Shown: positions 47,965-57,686 of the stretch, in pieces
Layout: each line of letters begins with the position of its first letter
Numbering within the stretch: the stretch's first letter is position 1
The notes under the pieces: generated by a model
Database searches by the model: none
What the model saw: the letters and a program-made list of their open reading frames with translations, nothing else
What the model was told of the DNA's origin: nothing
Made by a program: the position numbers and the translations under genes
Origin: Promethearchaeota archaeon
Lineage (GTDB): Archaea; Asgardarchaeota; Thorarchaeia; Thorarchaeales; Thorarchaeaceae
NCBI GenBank assembly: GCA_014728035.1
Contig: WJMJ01000071.1
Location: 1 to 64,000 of the forward strand
Direction: 5' to 3'
Length of the DNA stretch: 64,000 nt

Positions 47965-48687
47965 ATGAAAACAGAATTGGTGGTGAATATGGATACTGCA
48001 AAAGATGCAAGAATACTTGTATTGGAAGATGCATTACGACGATTGAATGAGATAGTTGGTAATCGTAAGCTGAAGTTACATATTGAATATAGTAAATTAA
48101 ATAATGAGCTTAAGAATGCTGGTTCTAGACTATATGAAATCAAGTATGCATATACAGACGCTGAAACCTTGGCTGAATCCGAAGCAACAAAAAGCCTTAT
48201 CGAGTCTATCAAAAATTTCTCAGAAATTGTAAAAAGCTCTATTGCTTCTTCTGGATTCAATCCTTCGACTACCAAGGATCAATTGGTCTATGCTGACTTA
48301 CTATATTGTTTTAGAATTGTAGAAGGTTTTCAAACACGACTTCTAGATTTCGATGAAGATCCAGCTTTTGCAGTTGATATTCTTGCAGTGGAGGTCAGTC
48401 AGATGCAAGATGTATCTGGTTCTGATAACCTCTCAGTGTGTAGATGTACGGATGGTAAACGTATCTGGCGCATAGTAACAAATATTCAAAACATCCAGTT
48501 AGAATCCAAACTTGCTTGCGCCGTTCTTCCACCTGTGGATATGTTGGGAGTTGTTAGTGAAGCAATGTTTTTAGGTGCAACACAACTTGATTCTGAAATT
48601 CCATTAGGGCTATTGAAGGATTGCCCCTCACATGCTTTAGATCAAGCTCGAGCTCAGGTTCTAAAGATAACAAAGAGGATGTCTTAA
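47965..48687 (+). CDS. tRNA-binding (EMAP II/Trbp OB-fold) protein with helical N-domain
   Basis: AVDILAVEV, IVTN, LPPVDMLGVVSEAMFLG. Confidence 0.82.
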   Translation: MKTELVVNMDTAKDARILVLEDALRRLNEIVGNRKLKLHIEYSKLNNELKNAGSRLYEIKYAYTDAETLAESEATKSLIESIKNFSEIVKSSIASSGFNPSTTKDQLVYADLLYCFRIVEGFQTRLLDFDEDPAFAVDILAVEVSQMQDVSGSDNLSVCRCTDGKRIWRIVTNIQNIQLESKLACAVLPPVDMLGVVSEAMFLGATQLDSEIPLGLLKDCPSHALDQARAQVLKITKRMS

Positions 48688-49026
48688 TTGCATATTAGAG
48701 AGATTCAAGAAATAAAGCGTCAATTTGAAAAAGAACGAAAATGGGATAAGTTTGCAGCTTCTCAAATCTTCGTTCATCTGATAGAAGAGTTGGGTGAAAT
48801 TTCCCGTCATATCAGCTTTGAAGAAGGATATAAAGAAGTGGGACTTGGGCATGAAGCACCAAATCATTCTGAATTAACTCGTGAATTTGCTCAAGCCTTC
48901 TTTTTGTTCATGCAACTGGTCAATCATTTCAATGTTGATTTGGAATCTAGTATAATATCCGAACTAGAAATCATGAAAGAAAGATTTCCAGCAGAAGAAT
49001 GGGCAAAATATATGGATGGACGTTAA
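48688..49026 (+). CDS. MazG-like nucleotide pyrophosphohydrolase
   Basis: LIEELGEI...EFAQ; NVDLES. Confidence 0.8.
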   Translation: MHIREIQEIKRQFEKERKWDKFAASQIFVHLIEELGEISRHISFEEGYKEVGLGHEAPNHSELTREFAQAFFLFMQLVNHFNVDLESSIISELEIMKERFPAEEWAKYMDGR

Positions 49027-49271
49027 TCCACAGATTTTACAGATTCAATAGCAAATGTAACTACAGCTCTAATTACTCCCTCCATTGAACGAACCGTGGA
49101 ATTTACAAATTCATTGACCTCTTCCGTGTCTTCTCCTTTCAATATCAACAGAATGTCAAATTCTCCAGTAGTCAACCATCCTTCATCTACAATGTTGTAT
49201 TTTGCAAGGTCTTTCAATATTTCCTCATCTGAGCTTGGGGCAACTGACATACTAACAAAAGCAGTTATCAA
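49023..49271 (-). CDS. stand-alone Lrp/AsnC ligand-binding (RAM) domain
   Basis: AFVSM, TTGEFDILL, VRSMEGV. Confidence 0.85.
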   Translation of the reverse strand: MITAFVSMSVAPSSDEEILKDLAKYNIVDEGWLTTGEFDILLILKGEDTEEVNEFVNSTVRSMEGVIRAVVTFAIESVKSVD

Positions 49272-49426
49272 ATACTTTCCTCCTTACTGTGCGTAAGCTA
49301 CCAATTATGGACTTAACTTTATGGTGTTTTTGAAAGCGGATACACCATCTTATAGTAACTATACGAATGTGTGGAATTTTAAATGTAATCAAATATGCGG
49401 ATAAATATGAGAAATGAAGGAAATGA

Positions 49427-49870
49427 CTAATCCTTCATTTTTCTCCGTTGTTCAAGTGCTTTTTTCGCCATTTCTTCAAGGTCTTTTGTAGCAGCGAGTA
49501 GACCTAGTGCTTTATTCTGAACGACTTTAATCTGTTTTTCTTGAGCCCATTGTGCCAATCCTGTTACCAGTGGTCCCAGAGCTGTTTTTGCTGCTTCAAC
49601 AGTCCCTACCGCCTTCCCCAACAGTTCCACTCCATGCTTCTTGTCCTTTCCAGCTTCAGCAATCCTTAGCCACACTAGGGCATGAATCATGTATAGTGCA
49701 TCTAGCATGAGTGTAGGTGATTTGGGATTGTCCTGTACTTTTTTCAAAAGTCTTTCCTGTCTTTTCTCAAAAACATCTTTGAATAATGAAAAGGCCTTTT
49801 TGTCGTTACCCTTTTCTAATTCCATAATGCCTTTCTGTAGTTTTTCATCGCTTTCGGACAAAACATTCAC
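49427..49870 (-). CDS. hypothetical all-helical (TPR-like) protein
   Basis: 147-aa K/L/A-rich helical ORF. Confidence 0.65.
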   Translation of the reverse strand: MNVLSESDEKLQKGIMELEKGNDKKAFSLFKDVFEKRQERLLKKVQDNPKSPTLMLDALYMIHALVWLRIAEAGKDKKHGVELLGKAVGTVEAAKTALGPLVTGLAQWAQEKQIKVVQNKALGLLAATKDLEEMAKKALEQRRKMKD

Positions 49871-50027
49871 CTTCTAATCGAAATTATATTGTCAGTCGAA
49901 TTTGAAACGGATTCCCTGCTATTATGGCTTTCTGCTCTATCGTGAAAAAAGATGCTATCTCGCAATATTTATTATGAGCATATTCCTTTTGCTGATAAAT
50001 CCTATTGCATAACTAGAGGTTGTCCAA

Positions 50028-51620
50028 TTGACCAAGACCACTTTCTCTTTTAAGGAATTGAAACGCACTAATTATCGCGAAATAAAGGAAATGCAAGATA
50101 GAAAGTTCAGAGCTTTCATTAGGTATCAAGTGTGGCCAAATCATCCATATTACCGTAGACTGTTCAAAGAAAATGATATAGACCCCTACAATATTACCTG
50201 CATTGAAGATTGGGCCAAATATCAAATTCCTCTTGTCAAGAAACACGAATACAAGGATAATCTTACCCAATTTGTCTTGAATCCCTCGCAGGTTGAAGGA
50301 GAAGATCGCGAGCCTGCAAAAATAATTTCAAATCTGATGACTTACTCGAAACAATCTGGCAAGTCTTCTGAACATAAGTTCATTCGTAATAATGGCGTTA
50401 GAGTCAAACTACATCTTGGTGCAGATGGTGCGATGAAAAAGCTAAAGGACCATCTTACTTATCGCTATGCTCCTCTTCAATTCTGGTTGAGTTCAGGAAG
50501 AGCATCAGGTCTTCCATCTCCAGTATTTCTAACTCGGTACGATAATGAAATGCTATTCAAGAATTGTGTAAAAGTAGGTCAGATGGCAGTAGATCCTTGG
50601 GCTGAATCTGGTTGGGAATTATCGAGTATGAATCTCTTTCCTTATGCTCCTCATCTTGGATGGCATGCTGTAAATCTTGGTCTCAAACAAATGTCTAAAT
50701 TCTATATTGCTACTAGTGCTGGCGGAGCAATTCCAAGTGAGAAACTTGTTGAGATTGCTAAGTCCTTCAAAGCTAATGGTTTTGCTGGAATGCCTAGTTA
50801 TCTTCGAAATCGCTTTTTCCGAGCAATGAAGGAATCTGATTATGAGGCACCTGAAAAAGTAGTTGTTCTTCTTGCTGGTGAAAAAATCTACGACCCTGTA
50901 GCACAGGACATAACACAAACGCTTCAGGAGAAGGGTGCAAAAGATGTCAGAATCATTGGAGGTTATGCATCATCTGAAAGTAAGATTTCCTTTGCTGTGC
51001 AGTGTGCATATGATGGTCCCTATCATAATGTTTCACCTCTTATGCTCTCCTTCGAGTTCATTGCAATGAATGATGATGGAACATATGATTTTGTAGATGA
51101 GGATGAGTCGGGTCATGTCACTCTATTTCATCTGGACGGTTCTGGTACCATCTTTGAAGGTTTTCTGCTTGGTGATGTTGCTTCCCGTCATGAGAATGGT
51201 CCATGCCCAATATGTGGTATTGATGGTCCCTTCTTTTGGGATATTGGTCGTCAGAATGATGCTGAAGCACAAATTGACATTATGGGTCTCAGCGAGAAAA
51301 AGATCAAAGGCGCTACTGTAAATCTTACAGCTCTTCGAGAGGATCTACTTGGACTTGGTGAAGTTGAGGAAATTCAAGTTGAGGTTGCAAAGGAGAATAT
51401 GTCTGACCCTTATAGTATGGATGTTCTAAATCTCTATGTTGCACCTAAAGGTCCTGTCACAGCAAACTATGACTCATTGATTCTAGAAATCAAACGGATA
51501 ACAAAGAACTCTACCGAAGTCACTCCTAACGTGTTCATCATTTCTTTCGAGGAACTACTTGAGAAAGCGGGTGGAATGAAATTCATGGAGATTTGTGATG
51601 TGCGTCCAAAACCTGCCTAA
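50028..51620 (+). CDS. phenylacetate-CoA ligase (PaaK)-like adenylate-forming enzyme
   Basis: HPYYRRLF, IPLVKK, SSGRASGLP, GMPSY, LAGE, YASSE, LLGD, GR. Confidence 0.78.
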   Translation: MTKTTFSFKELKRTNYREIKEMQDRKFRAFIRYQVWPNHPYYRRLFKENDIDPYNITCIEDWAKYQIPLVKKHEYKDNLTQFVLNPSQVEGEDREPAKIISNLMTYSKQSGKSSEHKFIRNNGVRVKLHLGADGAMKKLKDHLTYRYAPLQFWLSSGRASGLPSPVFLTRYDNEMLFKNCVKVGQMAVDPWAESGWELSSMNLFPYAPHLGWHAVNLGLKQMSKFYIATSAGGAIPSEKLVEIAKSFKANGFAGMPSYLRNRFFRAMKESDYEAPEKVVVLLAGEKIYDPVAQDITQTLQEKGAKDVRIIGGYASSESKISFAVQCAYDGPYHNVSPLMLSFEFIAMNDDGTYDFVDEDESGHVTLFHLDGSGTIFEGFLLGDVASRHENGPCPICGIDGPFFWDIGRQNDAEAQIDIMGLSEKKIKGATVNLTALREDLLGLGEVEEIQVEVAKENMSDPYSMDVLNLYVAPKGPVTANYDSLILEIKRITKNSTEVTPNVFIISFEELLEKAGGMKFMEICDVRPKPA

Positions 51621-51691
51621 AGTATCCAAATTATCCTGTTCAATGACGTTATAAGCACGTCTTCTCAAGAAATCTCTGAGGAGGAACCTTA

Positions 51692-52660
51692 ATGGAAATT
51701 GACTCAGGACCTGATCCATTTGCTCCCGATGACGCTCAAGCTAATGCGTATAAGGTTGGAGCAATAGAATCAGTTTCAAGAACATTCAATCTATTCTTCA
51801 GGAAATTTGGAACATACGCACTAGTTGGTCTTGCCTCTGCAATATATGCACTAATTGTAGTCATGACTCTATTAGCAATTCTACCACCCCTCGATTTCGA
51901 GACCCTTAGTGCAATTATCAACGCTCAGGGTGACTTAGTTGCAATATTTACATTACTATGGGAATATCAGGCATCAACGTTAGCTACGTTCTTGCTGATA
52001 CTAGCCATCCTTGCTTTAATTGGTACAATTTATTATACCATAATAGGAGGAGCAGCAACTCAAATTGCTCTTGATAACTATGGTGCACCAAATCGTGGTG
52101 ACTTTCCTTCGTCTATATCTAAGGCAATTGGTCGAGCTCCAGCTCTAATATTGTATCAGCTTTTCATTGTCATCCTAACAGTAGTTTTGCTTCTGCCAGG
52201 GTCTATTGCCATCGCACCCTTATTCGAGTTGGACCCATATAACATTGACATGGCTGCTCTAGAAGCTGCTATGACTGGAGCTCTACTCCTGCTTGTTGGC
52301 ACAGTCATTCTCTTCTATATCACAATTCGATTGATTCCAACAATTGCAGTGATTATGGCTGAAGATGTATCAATTGTAGAAGCATTAAAACGATCATTCA
52401 ATCTGACAAGTGGCAATTTCCTTCATCTACTTGGTGCTAGAATCGTATTAGCTATTACTATAGTTGTATTTAGTTTAGTCATCGAGTTTGCGCTATTCTT
52501 CATTCCAACTGGAATAGTATACGCGATTACGGCACTGATGCTTTCAGCAATTCTTCTCACATCATTTGATTACATCTTCACAGCGGTTATTTACAAGGAT
52601 CTTAAGGCCCGTAAGACTGTTGTTGAAACGAGCGAAGGCTCAAATCAGGAATGGTGGTAA
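51692..52660 (+). CDS. multi-pass membrane protein (GPDPase-membrane-domain-like)
   Basis: about 6 TM segments; ED.SIVEALKRSFNLTSGN motif; YKDLKAR. Confidence 0.7.
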   Translation: MEIDSGPDPFAPDDAQANAYKVGAIESVSRTFNLFFRKFGTYALVGLASAIYALIVVMTLLAILPPLDFETLSAIINAQGDLVAIFTLLWEYQASTLATFLLILAILALIGTIYYTIIGGAATQIALDNYGAPNRGDFPSSISKAIGRAPALILYQLFIVILTVVLLLPGSIAIAPLFELDPYNIDMAALEAAMTGALLLLVGTVILFYITIRLIPTIAVIMAEDVSIVEALKRSFNLTSGNFLHLLGARIVLAITIVVFSLVIEFALFFIPTGIVYAITALMLSAILLTSFDYIFTAVIYKDLKARKTVVETSEGSNQEWW

Positions 52661-52666
52661 AATGAA

Positions 52667-52695
52667 AGGAGGCCATTGCCTCCTCTACTTTCTTT
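52667..52695 (+). terminator. hairpin + U-rich terminator
   Basis: AGGAGGC-CATT-GCCTCCT-CTACTTTCTTT. Confidence 0.55.
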
Positions 52696-52751
52696 ATAAT
52701 ACAAAAATAGTAGGACCCCGAGAGAGTTATTCTCTCTCAGGTATGTTTTGA

Positions 52752-54083
52752 TTATTTGAGTTTGTGTTTTTCTATAAACTCCGCAAGAACATCTTCCAGG
52801 TCTGGTTTTCCTATTTCTTGAAGGTTATACTTTACTCGCACACTTGGAGTTTTTATTTTGATAAGTTTAGCAAGATCTATTGGAGTACCAATCACAATAG
52901 CGTCTACATCTGCTTCATTGATAGTATTCTCAAGATCTTTCATCTGTTCCTTTCCATAACCCATTGCAGGTAGAACATCTTCTAGGTGATCGTATTTCTG
53001 GAAAGTTTCAATAATGCTGCCTTTTGCATAAGGCCGTGGGTCTACGATAATTGCTCCAGCTTTTCTAGCAGCTATATACCCAGCTCCATAAGGCATATCC
53101 CCATGAGTTACTGTTGGACCATCTTCAACCACAATTACTCTTTTACCTTTGATTTTAGAAATGTCCTCTATGACCAAAGGTGATGCTGCATCAATAATGA
53201 TTGCTTCCGGATTAACCTCCATGACATTTTCGCGAACTTCTTCCACATTCTCGTAATCTGCAGTTTCGACTTTATTGATGATTACAACATCCGCCATACG
53301 TAGATTTGTTTCTCCAGGATAATATGATATTTCATGACCTGGTCTGTGTGGATCTACAAGCACAATAAGAAGATCGGGTTTGTAGAATGGAAAGTCATTG
53401 TTTCCACCATCCCACGTAATGACATCTGCTTCTTCTTCTGCTTGTTCCAGTATCTTTCCATAGTCGACTCCCGCATAAAGGATTACTCCCATGTTTATCA
53501 TGGGTTCATACTCTTCTCGTTCTTCAATGGTACAATTGTATCTGTCCATGTCCTCTAGTTTTTCATATCTTTGAGCTATCTGTGTTGTAAGGTCAGGATC
53601 GTAGGGCATTGGATGTCTGATATTTACTGGCTTGACTCCCATATCCACCAAAATTTGATTTACTCGTCGAGAAGTCTGACTTTTTCCACAACCCGTTCTG
53701 ACAGCACAAACTGCAACAACTGGTTTCTTGCTTTCGATCATAGTGGTTTTGGTTCCCATTAATCTTATGTCAGCACCCAGTGAGTTAACCCATGCAATCT
53801 TTTCTCCAACTGTATCATACGGTAAGTCTGAATACGCCAGAATGCATTGTTCAACTTCGAATTTCTCAATTAGTTCTGGAAGATTTTCTTCTGGATAGAT
53901 CTTTATTCCCTCCGGATAGAGCTTACCTGAAAGCTCAGGAGGATACATTCTATCTTCTATTCCAGGAATCTGCTCAGCGGTGAACGCAACCACTTCATAA
54001 TCTTCATTGTCCCTGAAGAAAACATTGAAGTTGTGAAAGTCACGTCCGGCTGCACCCATTATGATTACTTTTTTCCTGCTCAT
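52752..54083 (-). CDS. COG2403 / cDPG-synthetase-like P-loop enzyme, probable arginine synthetase (ArcE-type)
   Basis: MGAAGRDFHNFN, AVRTGCGKSQ, RHPMPY, TIEEREEYE, WDGGNNDFPF, VEDGPT; start trimmed to ATG 54083. Confidence 0.8.
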   Translation of the reverse strand: MSRKKVIIMGAAGRDFHNFNVFFRDNEDYEVVAFTAEQIPGIEDRMYPPELSGKLYPEGIKIYPEENLPELIEKFEVEQCILAYSDLPYDTVGEKIAWVNSLGADIRLMGTKTTMIESKKPVVAVCAVRTGCGKSQTSRRVNQILVDMGVKPVNIRHPMPYDPDLTTQIAQRYEKLEDMDRYNCTIEEREEYEPMINMGVILYAGVDYGKILEQAEEEADVITWDGGNNDFPFYKPDLLIVLVDPHRPGHEISYYPGETNLRMADVVIINKVETADYENVEEVRENVMEVNPEAIIIDAASPLVIEDISKIKGKRVIVVEDGPTVTHGDMPYGAGYIAARKAGAIIVDPRPYAKGSIIETFQKYDHLEDVLPAMGYGKEQMKDLENTINEADVDAIVIGTPIDLAKLIKIKTPSVRVKYNLQEIGKPDLEDVLAEFIEKHKLK

Positions 54084-54361
54084 TCTTAGCGCCGCCTTCG
54101 AACAAGTATGAGTCTTGCCCCTCGTGGGTACGTTATGAAATTGTCGGTCACACCAATTACGCAATTTCCCTGATTTTGCCTTCGAAACTCAAAATTTAAC
54201 TCCAAAAAATCGATAATCATTCCGATTAATCTTATTTTGGATAAATTTTAAGAATGTTCGAAAAATCGCAGTTACAATACAAACACTCATATAGCTCCGG
54301 TGAGTGTTTAACTGGAAAGGTGCATTGTGGAATACCTCTTGCACAAATCCGGGGTGCAATA

Positions 54362-54913
54362 GTGAAATTAGTTGATTTAGCAGCTGAAGCAGTTAAAGTC
54401 TTGAAAGAATATGGAGAAGAAGGTATCAGAAGTGATATTCTTGCAGAACAACTTCGGACTCCGAAACGACGAGTATATGATGTTCTTGCTGTGCTGCGAG
54501 CTTTGAAATTAGTAAAGACAAATCGTAGATTTAATGGTACTACCGTTACGTGGGTAGATCCTATCAAAGATTTTGTACAACGCAATGAATATGAAGATAT
54601 CAAATCACAATTAGATGAAGAACGCCAATCCCGGAAAGATTTGCAGGTTCAAGTTGCCGAGCTGAAGGAGCAAATCCGAATCACAAAAAGCAAACTTCGT
54701 CGTGATACACCCTCCATTGAGGTATCTGAAAAAACAGAATTCAATACGACTCAACTAAGAATTCGGTCTCTTTCATCAAGTGGATTTGCTAGTGTGAAAG
54801 ATTCTGGGATGGAGGTCTACATTGAAACGCATGAACCAGGAATGGTTGTAGACCCAACTGTTAGTAAGAAAGATGAACACGAAGCTTTACTTCGGAGTCT
54901 TCAAAGAATATAA
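54362..54913 (+). CDS. E2F/DP-like winged-helix transcription factor (wH + coiled coil + C-terminal beta-rich domain)
   Basis: LAEQLRTPKRRVYDVLAVLRALKLV...VTW; coiled coil follows; GTG 54362 after GGGGTG SD. Confidence 0.72.
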   Translation: MKLVDLAAEAVKVLKEYGEEGIRSDILAEQLRTPKRRVYDVLAVLRALKLVKTNRRFNGTTVTWVDPIKDFVQRNEYEDIKSQLDEERQSRKDLQVQVAELKEQIRITKSKLRRDTPSIEVSEKTEFNTTQLRIRSLSSSGFASVKDSGMEVYIETHEPGMVVDPTVSKKDEHEALLRSLQRI

Positions 54914-54921
54914 AAATAGAA

Positions 54922-55314
54922 TCACACCGTTTTCTTTATTGTGATTCTACTTCCTCTTTTAATGGATTTTATTTCTTCCAAGAGTGATTCTTCCGATGTA
55001 ATTCGACCCAAAATATTCACAGGACTAAAAGTTTTCATATCTTTTAGGTAAATACATAGAGAATCTCCTAGAGGCATATATGCGATATCTCCTTTCTTAA
55101 CTTCTTTAACAGGTTTGATGTTTCCCTTTGATATTCCCAAAGTAATCTTTAGTTCACCTCGCATAACAGCACCTCTCCCAGTGAGTGGCAACCTTACCTT
55201 GATTTCTTCTACAATAAGGGGTGCTAGAACCCGGTCCAGTGTTCCTTCAAGTGATAAACCATTTTCAAATTCAAATACTATTTTTAAGTCACTCTCGCTC
55301 ATGATACTCACCAT
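54922..55314 (-). CDS. cyclophilin-like fold protein (TM1367/UPF0310-like)
   Basis: LAPLIVEEI..LP, VKKGDIAYMPLGDSLCI, PVNILGRI. Confidence 0.8.
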   Translation of the reverse strand: MVSIMSESDLKIVFEFENGLSLEGTLDRVLAPLIVEEIKVRLPLTGRGAVMRGELKITLGISKGNIKPVKEVKKGDIAYMPLGDSLCIYLKDMKTFSPVNILGRITSEESLLEEIKSIKRGSRITIKKTV

Positions 55315-55320
55315 CTAGTA

Positions 55321-56532
55321 GTGTGTTCATCCCTAAAACCTTCTGCTTTCATCAGCAAAGGCTTAATTGGAAACACATCCATTTTTCAATTGGAGTGGAT
55401 CGGGCTGGTTAAGACTCGTTTGGATGTTGCTTTCGTCGTAGATACGACAGGTTCAATGAAAGATGATATTAGCGCTGTAAAGGATAGTTTGTTTGATATC
55501 GTTGACAAAATCGTGAGAAAAACGGAAGATTTGGAATTTCGTTTTGGAATTGTTTCATATAGAGACCATCCACCACAAGACAGGTCTTATGTTACAAAAG
55601 TCTTCGATTTCACAGATGACATCAAAGAAGTTCACAAGAAAATATCAAAGCTAAAACCTTCTGAGGGCGGGGACACACCAGAGGCAGTTGCAGATGGTAT
55701 ACATGATGCTAGAACCAAATTAAGTTGGGGCGTCGATGCGTATAAGGTTCTTCTCTTGGTTGGAGATGCTCCTCCTCACGGAAGTAGATATAATTCACTG
55801 GGTGACGACTATTTTTCTCGTGGATGTCCTGAAGGGTATGATCCCTGCGATGAAGTTATCCAATTGAAAAAGGAATATGGTTCAACAGTCTTTATTTTCG
55901 TAGTTGGATGCAATCCATTGGTAGAAGAATCTTTCAGAACCATCGCAGATTCTGTCGAAGATGGCAAGTATTTTTCACTACATGAAGCAGATGAGCTTCC
56001 GGTGGCAATACTGGAAATTCTTGAAGGTGTTAGTGATCTAATTGAAGCTGACCGTAGAGTATTGACATATTATGAATCCCATGATGGTGTTTTTGACTTA
56101 CCTGAAGCAGCATCAAATATTGGAATGACTTTACGTGAATTAAAGACCTCTCTCTCGCGGCTGATTGAACTAGAACGAATTCCTCGTTGGCCAAAGGGCA
56201 GACCGTTATCTCCCAGTCAAATGGGAATAAAGGTAGACCTTGGAACAGTTCCAGATGCGATAGTTGGAGGAAAACCGTTTAAGTACTCCCTCCGTGTTAT
56301 GAACCCAAGTGCGACGATACTGAGTATTCGGGTTATTGTGTCTCTTGTCACATCAGAAGGTGTATCAGAAGTGACAAATGAACGTCACGATATTAGTCCT
56401 AGATCAGATAACCAGCTTGATCTGAAGCTAATTCCAATGTCTTTCGATGTAGGAAAGGCGAATATCAAAGTTGAAGTTCTCTACGGTTCTAAATCTATTG
56501 CAAGTCAAATCTATTCTACAAGATTGCATTAG
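55321..56532 (+). CDS. vWA domain protein with wHTH and C-terminal Ig-like domain
   Basis: DVAFVVDTTGSM MIDAS, YRDH, GGDTPEAV, LVGDAPPHG; true start probably ~55396-55410. Confidence 0.85.
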   Translation: MCSSLKPSAFISKGLIGNTSIFQLEWIGLVKTRLDVAFVVDTTGSMKDDISAVKDSLFDIVDKIVRKTEDLEFRFGIVSYRDHPPQDRSYVTKVFDFTDDIKEVHKKISKLKPSEGGDTPEAVADGIHDARTKLSWGVDAYKVLLLVGDAPPHGSRYNSLGDDYFSRGCPEGYDPCDEVIQLKKEYGSTVFIFVVGCNPLVEESFRTIADSVEDGKYFSLHEADELPVAILEILEGVSDLIEADRRVLTYYESHDGVFDLPEAASNIGMTLRELKTSLSRLIELERIPRWPKGRPLSPSQMGIKVDLGTVPDAIVGGKPFKYSLRVMNPSATILSIRVIVSLVTSEGVSEVTNERHDISPRSDNQLDLKLIPMSFDVGKANIKVEVLYGSKSIASQIYSTRLH

Positions 56533-56538
56533 TTACTG

Positions 56539-57681
56539 GTGTGTACAATGAATCTGCAAGCTATTATGGGTAGAAATCAACAAGGAATATGCTTTGTTTC
56601 AAAGTCAGTTAGTTTTTCTGATTACGTGACTATATCATCAAAACATCAAATTGTAATATCAGAAATTCGAAAATCAGAAAAAGTTCCTGAAGGGTCAATT
56701 GTGATTGATTCTAGGTTGTGGTTTTCTCTTGATATATCCCAGGATAAACTTGTTTCAGTTAAGAATCACGAAGCTGTACCTAAAATTCATACATTGACAT
56801 TAATAGCTACATCTGTAAATCCTGAAATTCCGCATCATGAAGTCGTTGAAGAGATGCGAAATAGAATTGATGATTTCAAAGATGATCTACATGGGCTTGT
56901 TGTAAGAGTTGGGCAAAAGATTCCTGTTCCACGTGTTGATGTTGAAATTACTATTTCAGAGATTGCACCTATTTCATCTGATGGATACGCACAGATAGAC
57001 TGGGATAATGTGTTCAAATTCGTTATCTCTCCAGGTTCAGTTTGTCCTCCATTTAACTTATCTTGCGTAATAGATTGTGGGGCATCATCACATAAGAAAG
57101 ATATTTTTCAAGTAATCGATGGAGTATCTAATTTGGTCAGTCGATTTGATGCTGTCACTACACTTATTGTCAACCTATTAGAAACCATTCTCATTCAAAA
57201 AGACAGTCATCTTCTTTCTATGATTTGCTTTTCATCTCACCTTGATATAATGCATACGTTTGATTCCATTACAGGAGCTGAAACAGCTGTATCTAGTATT
57301 GAATCTCCCGATATCATTGAAATTGTTAAAGAGTGGTTTTATGAGAAATTGGAAGTACATAGAACTGAGCCATCAAATCCATGTATTGGTCTCGAAAAAG
57401 GGATTGATTTAGCAAAAATTCAACACAAAATGAATAATCATCCCACAATTGTTCTATTCTTTTCTAGTGGGTCTTATTCTGAAGGTCGAAATCCGGTTTT
57501 TTGTTCACAAACAAATCATAATAGAATTTCTGTTTGCACTATTGGAATTGGTGAACATGCTGACCAAGAGTTATTACAGGGAATTGCTGAATCTGGAAAA
57601 GGGGTTCATCAAGATTATGTGAATCTTGAACAAATACCCAAAATAATTTCGAAAATTAAAGAGTTCATTTCAGGTATATAG
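56539..57681 (+). CDS. CDC48/NSF N-domain-like + degenerate vWA protein
   Basis: EIRKSEKVPEGSIVIDSRLWFSLDI..VSV; LHGLVVRVGQKI..VEITISEIAP; then FNLSCVIDCGASS...IVLFFSSG...TIGIG..LLQGIA. Confidence 0.65.
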   Translation: MCTMNLQAIMGRNQQGICFVSKSVSFSDYVTISSKHQIVISEIRKSEKVPEGSIVIDSRLWFSLDISQDKLVSVKNHEAVPKIHTLTLIATSVNPEIPHHEVVEEMRNRIDDFKDDLHGLVVRVGQKIPVPRVDVEITISEIAPISSDGYAQIDWDNVFKFVISPGSVCPPFNLSCVIDCGASSHKKDIFQVIDGVSNLVSRFDAVTTLIVNLLETILIQKDSHLLSMICFSSHLDIMHTFDSITGAETAVSSIESPDIIEIVKEWFYEKLEVHRTEPSNPCIGLEKGIDLAKIQHKMNNHPTIVLFFSSGSYSEGRNPVFCSQTNHNRISVCTIGIGEHADQELLQGIAESGKGVHQDYVNLEQIPKIISKIKEFISGI

Positions 57682-57686
57682 GAGAT

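Noticed and set aside
54084-54361. Autoregulatory eukaryotic E2F site (TTTSSCGC) upstream of the E2F-like gene
   Set aside because: No match seen; only three TTCGAA hexamers, which are too short to be meaningful.
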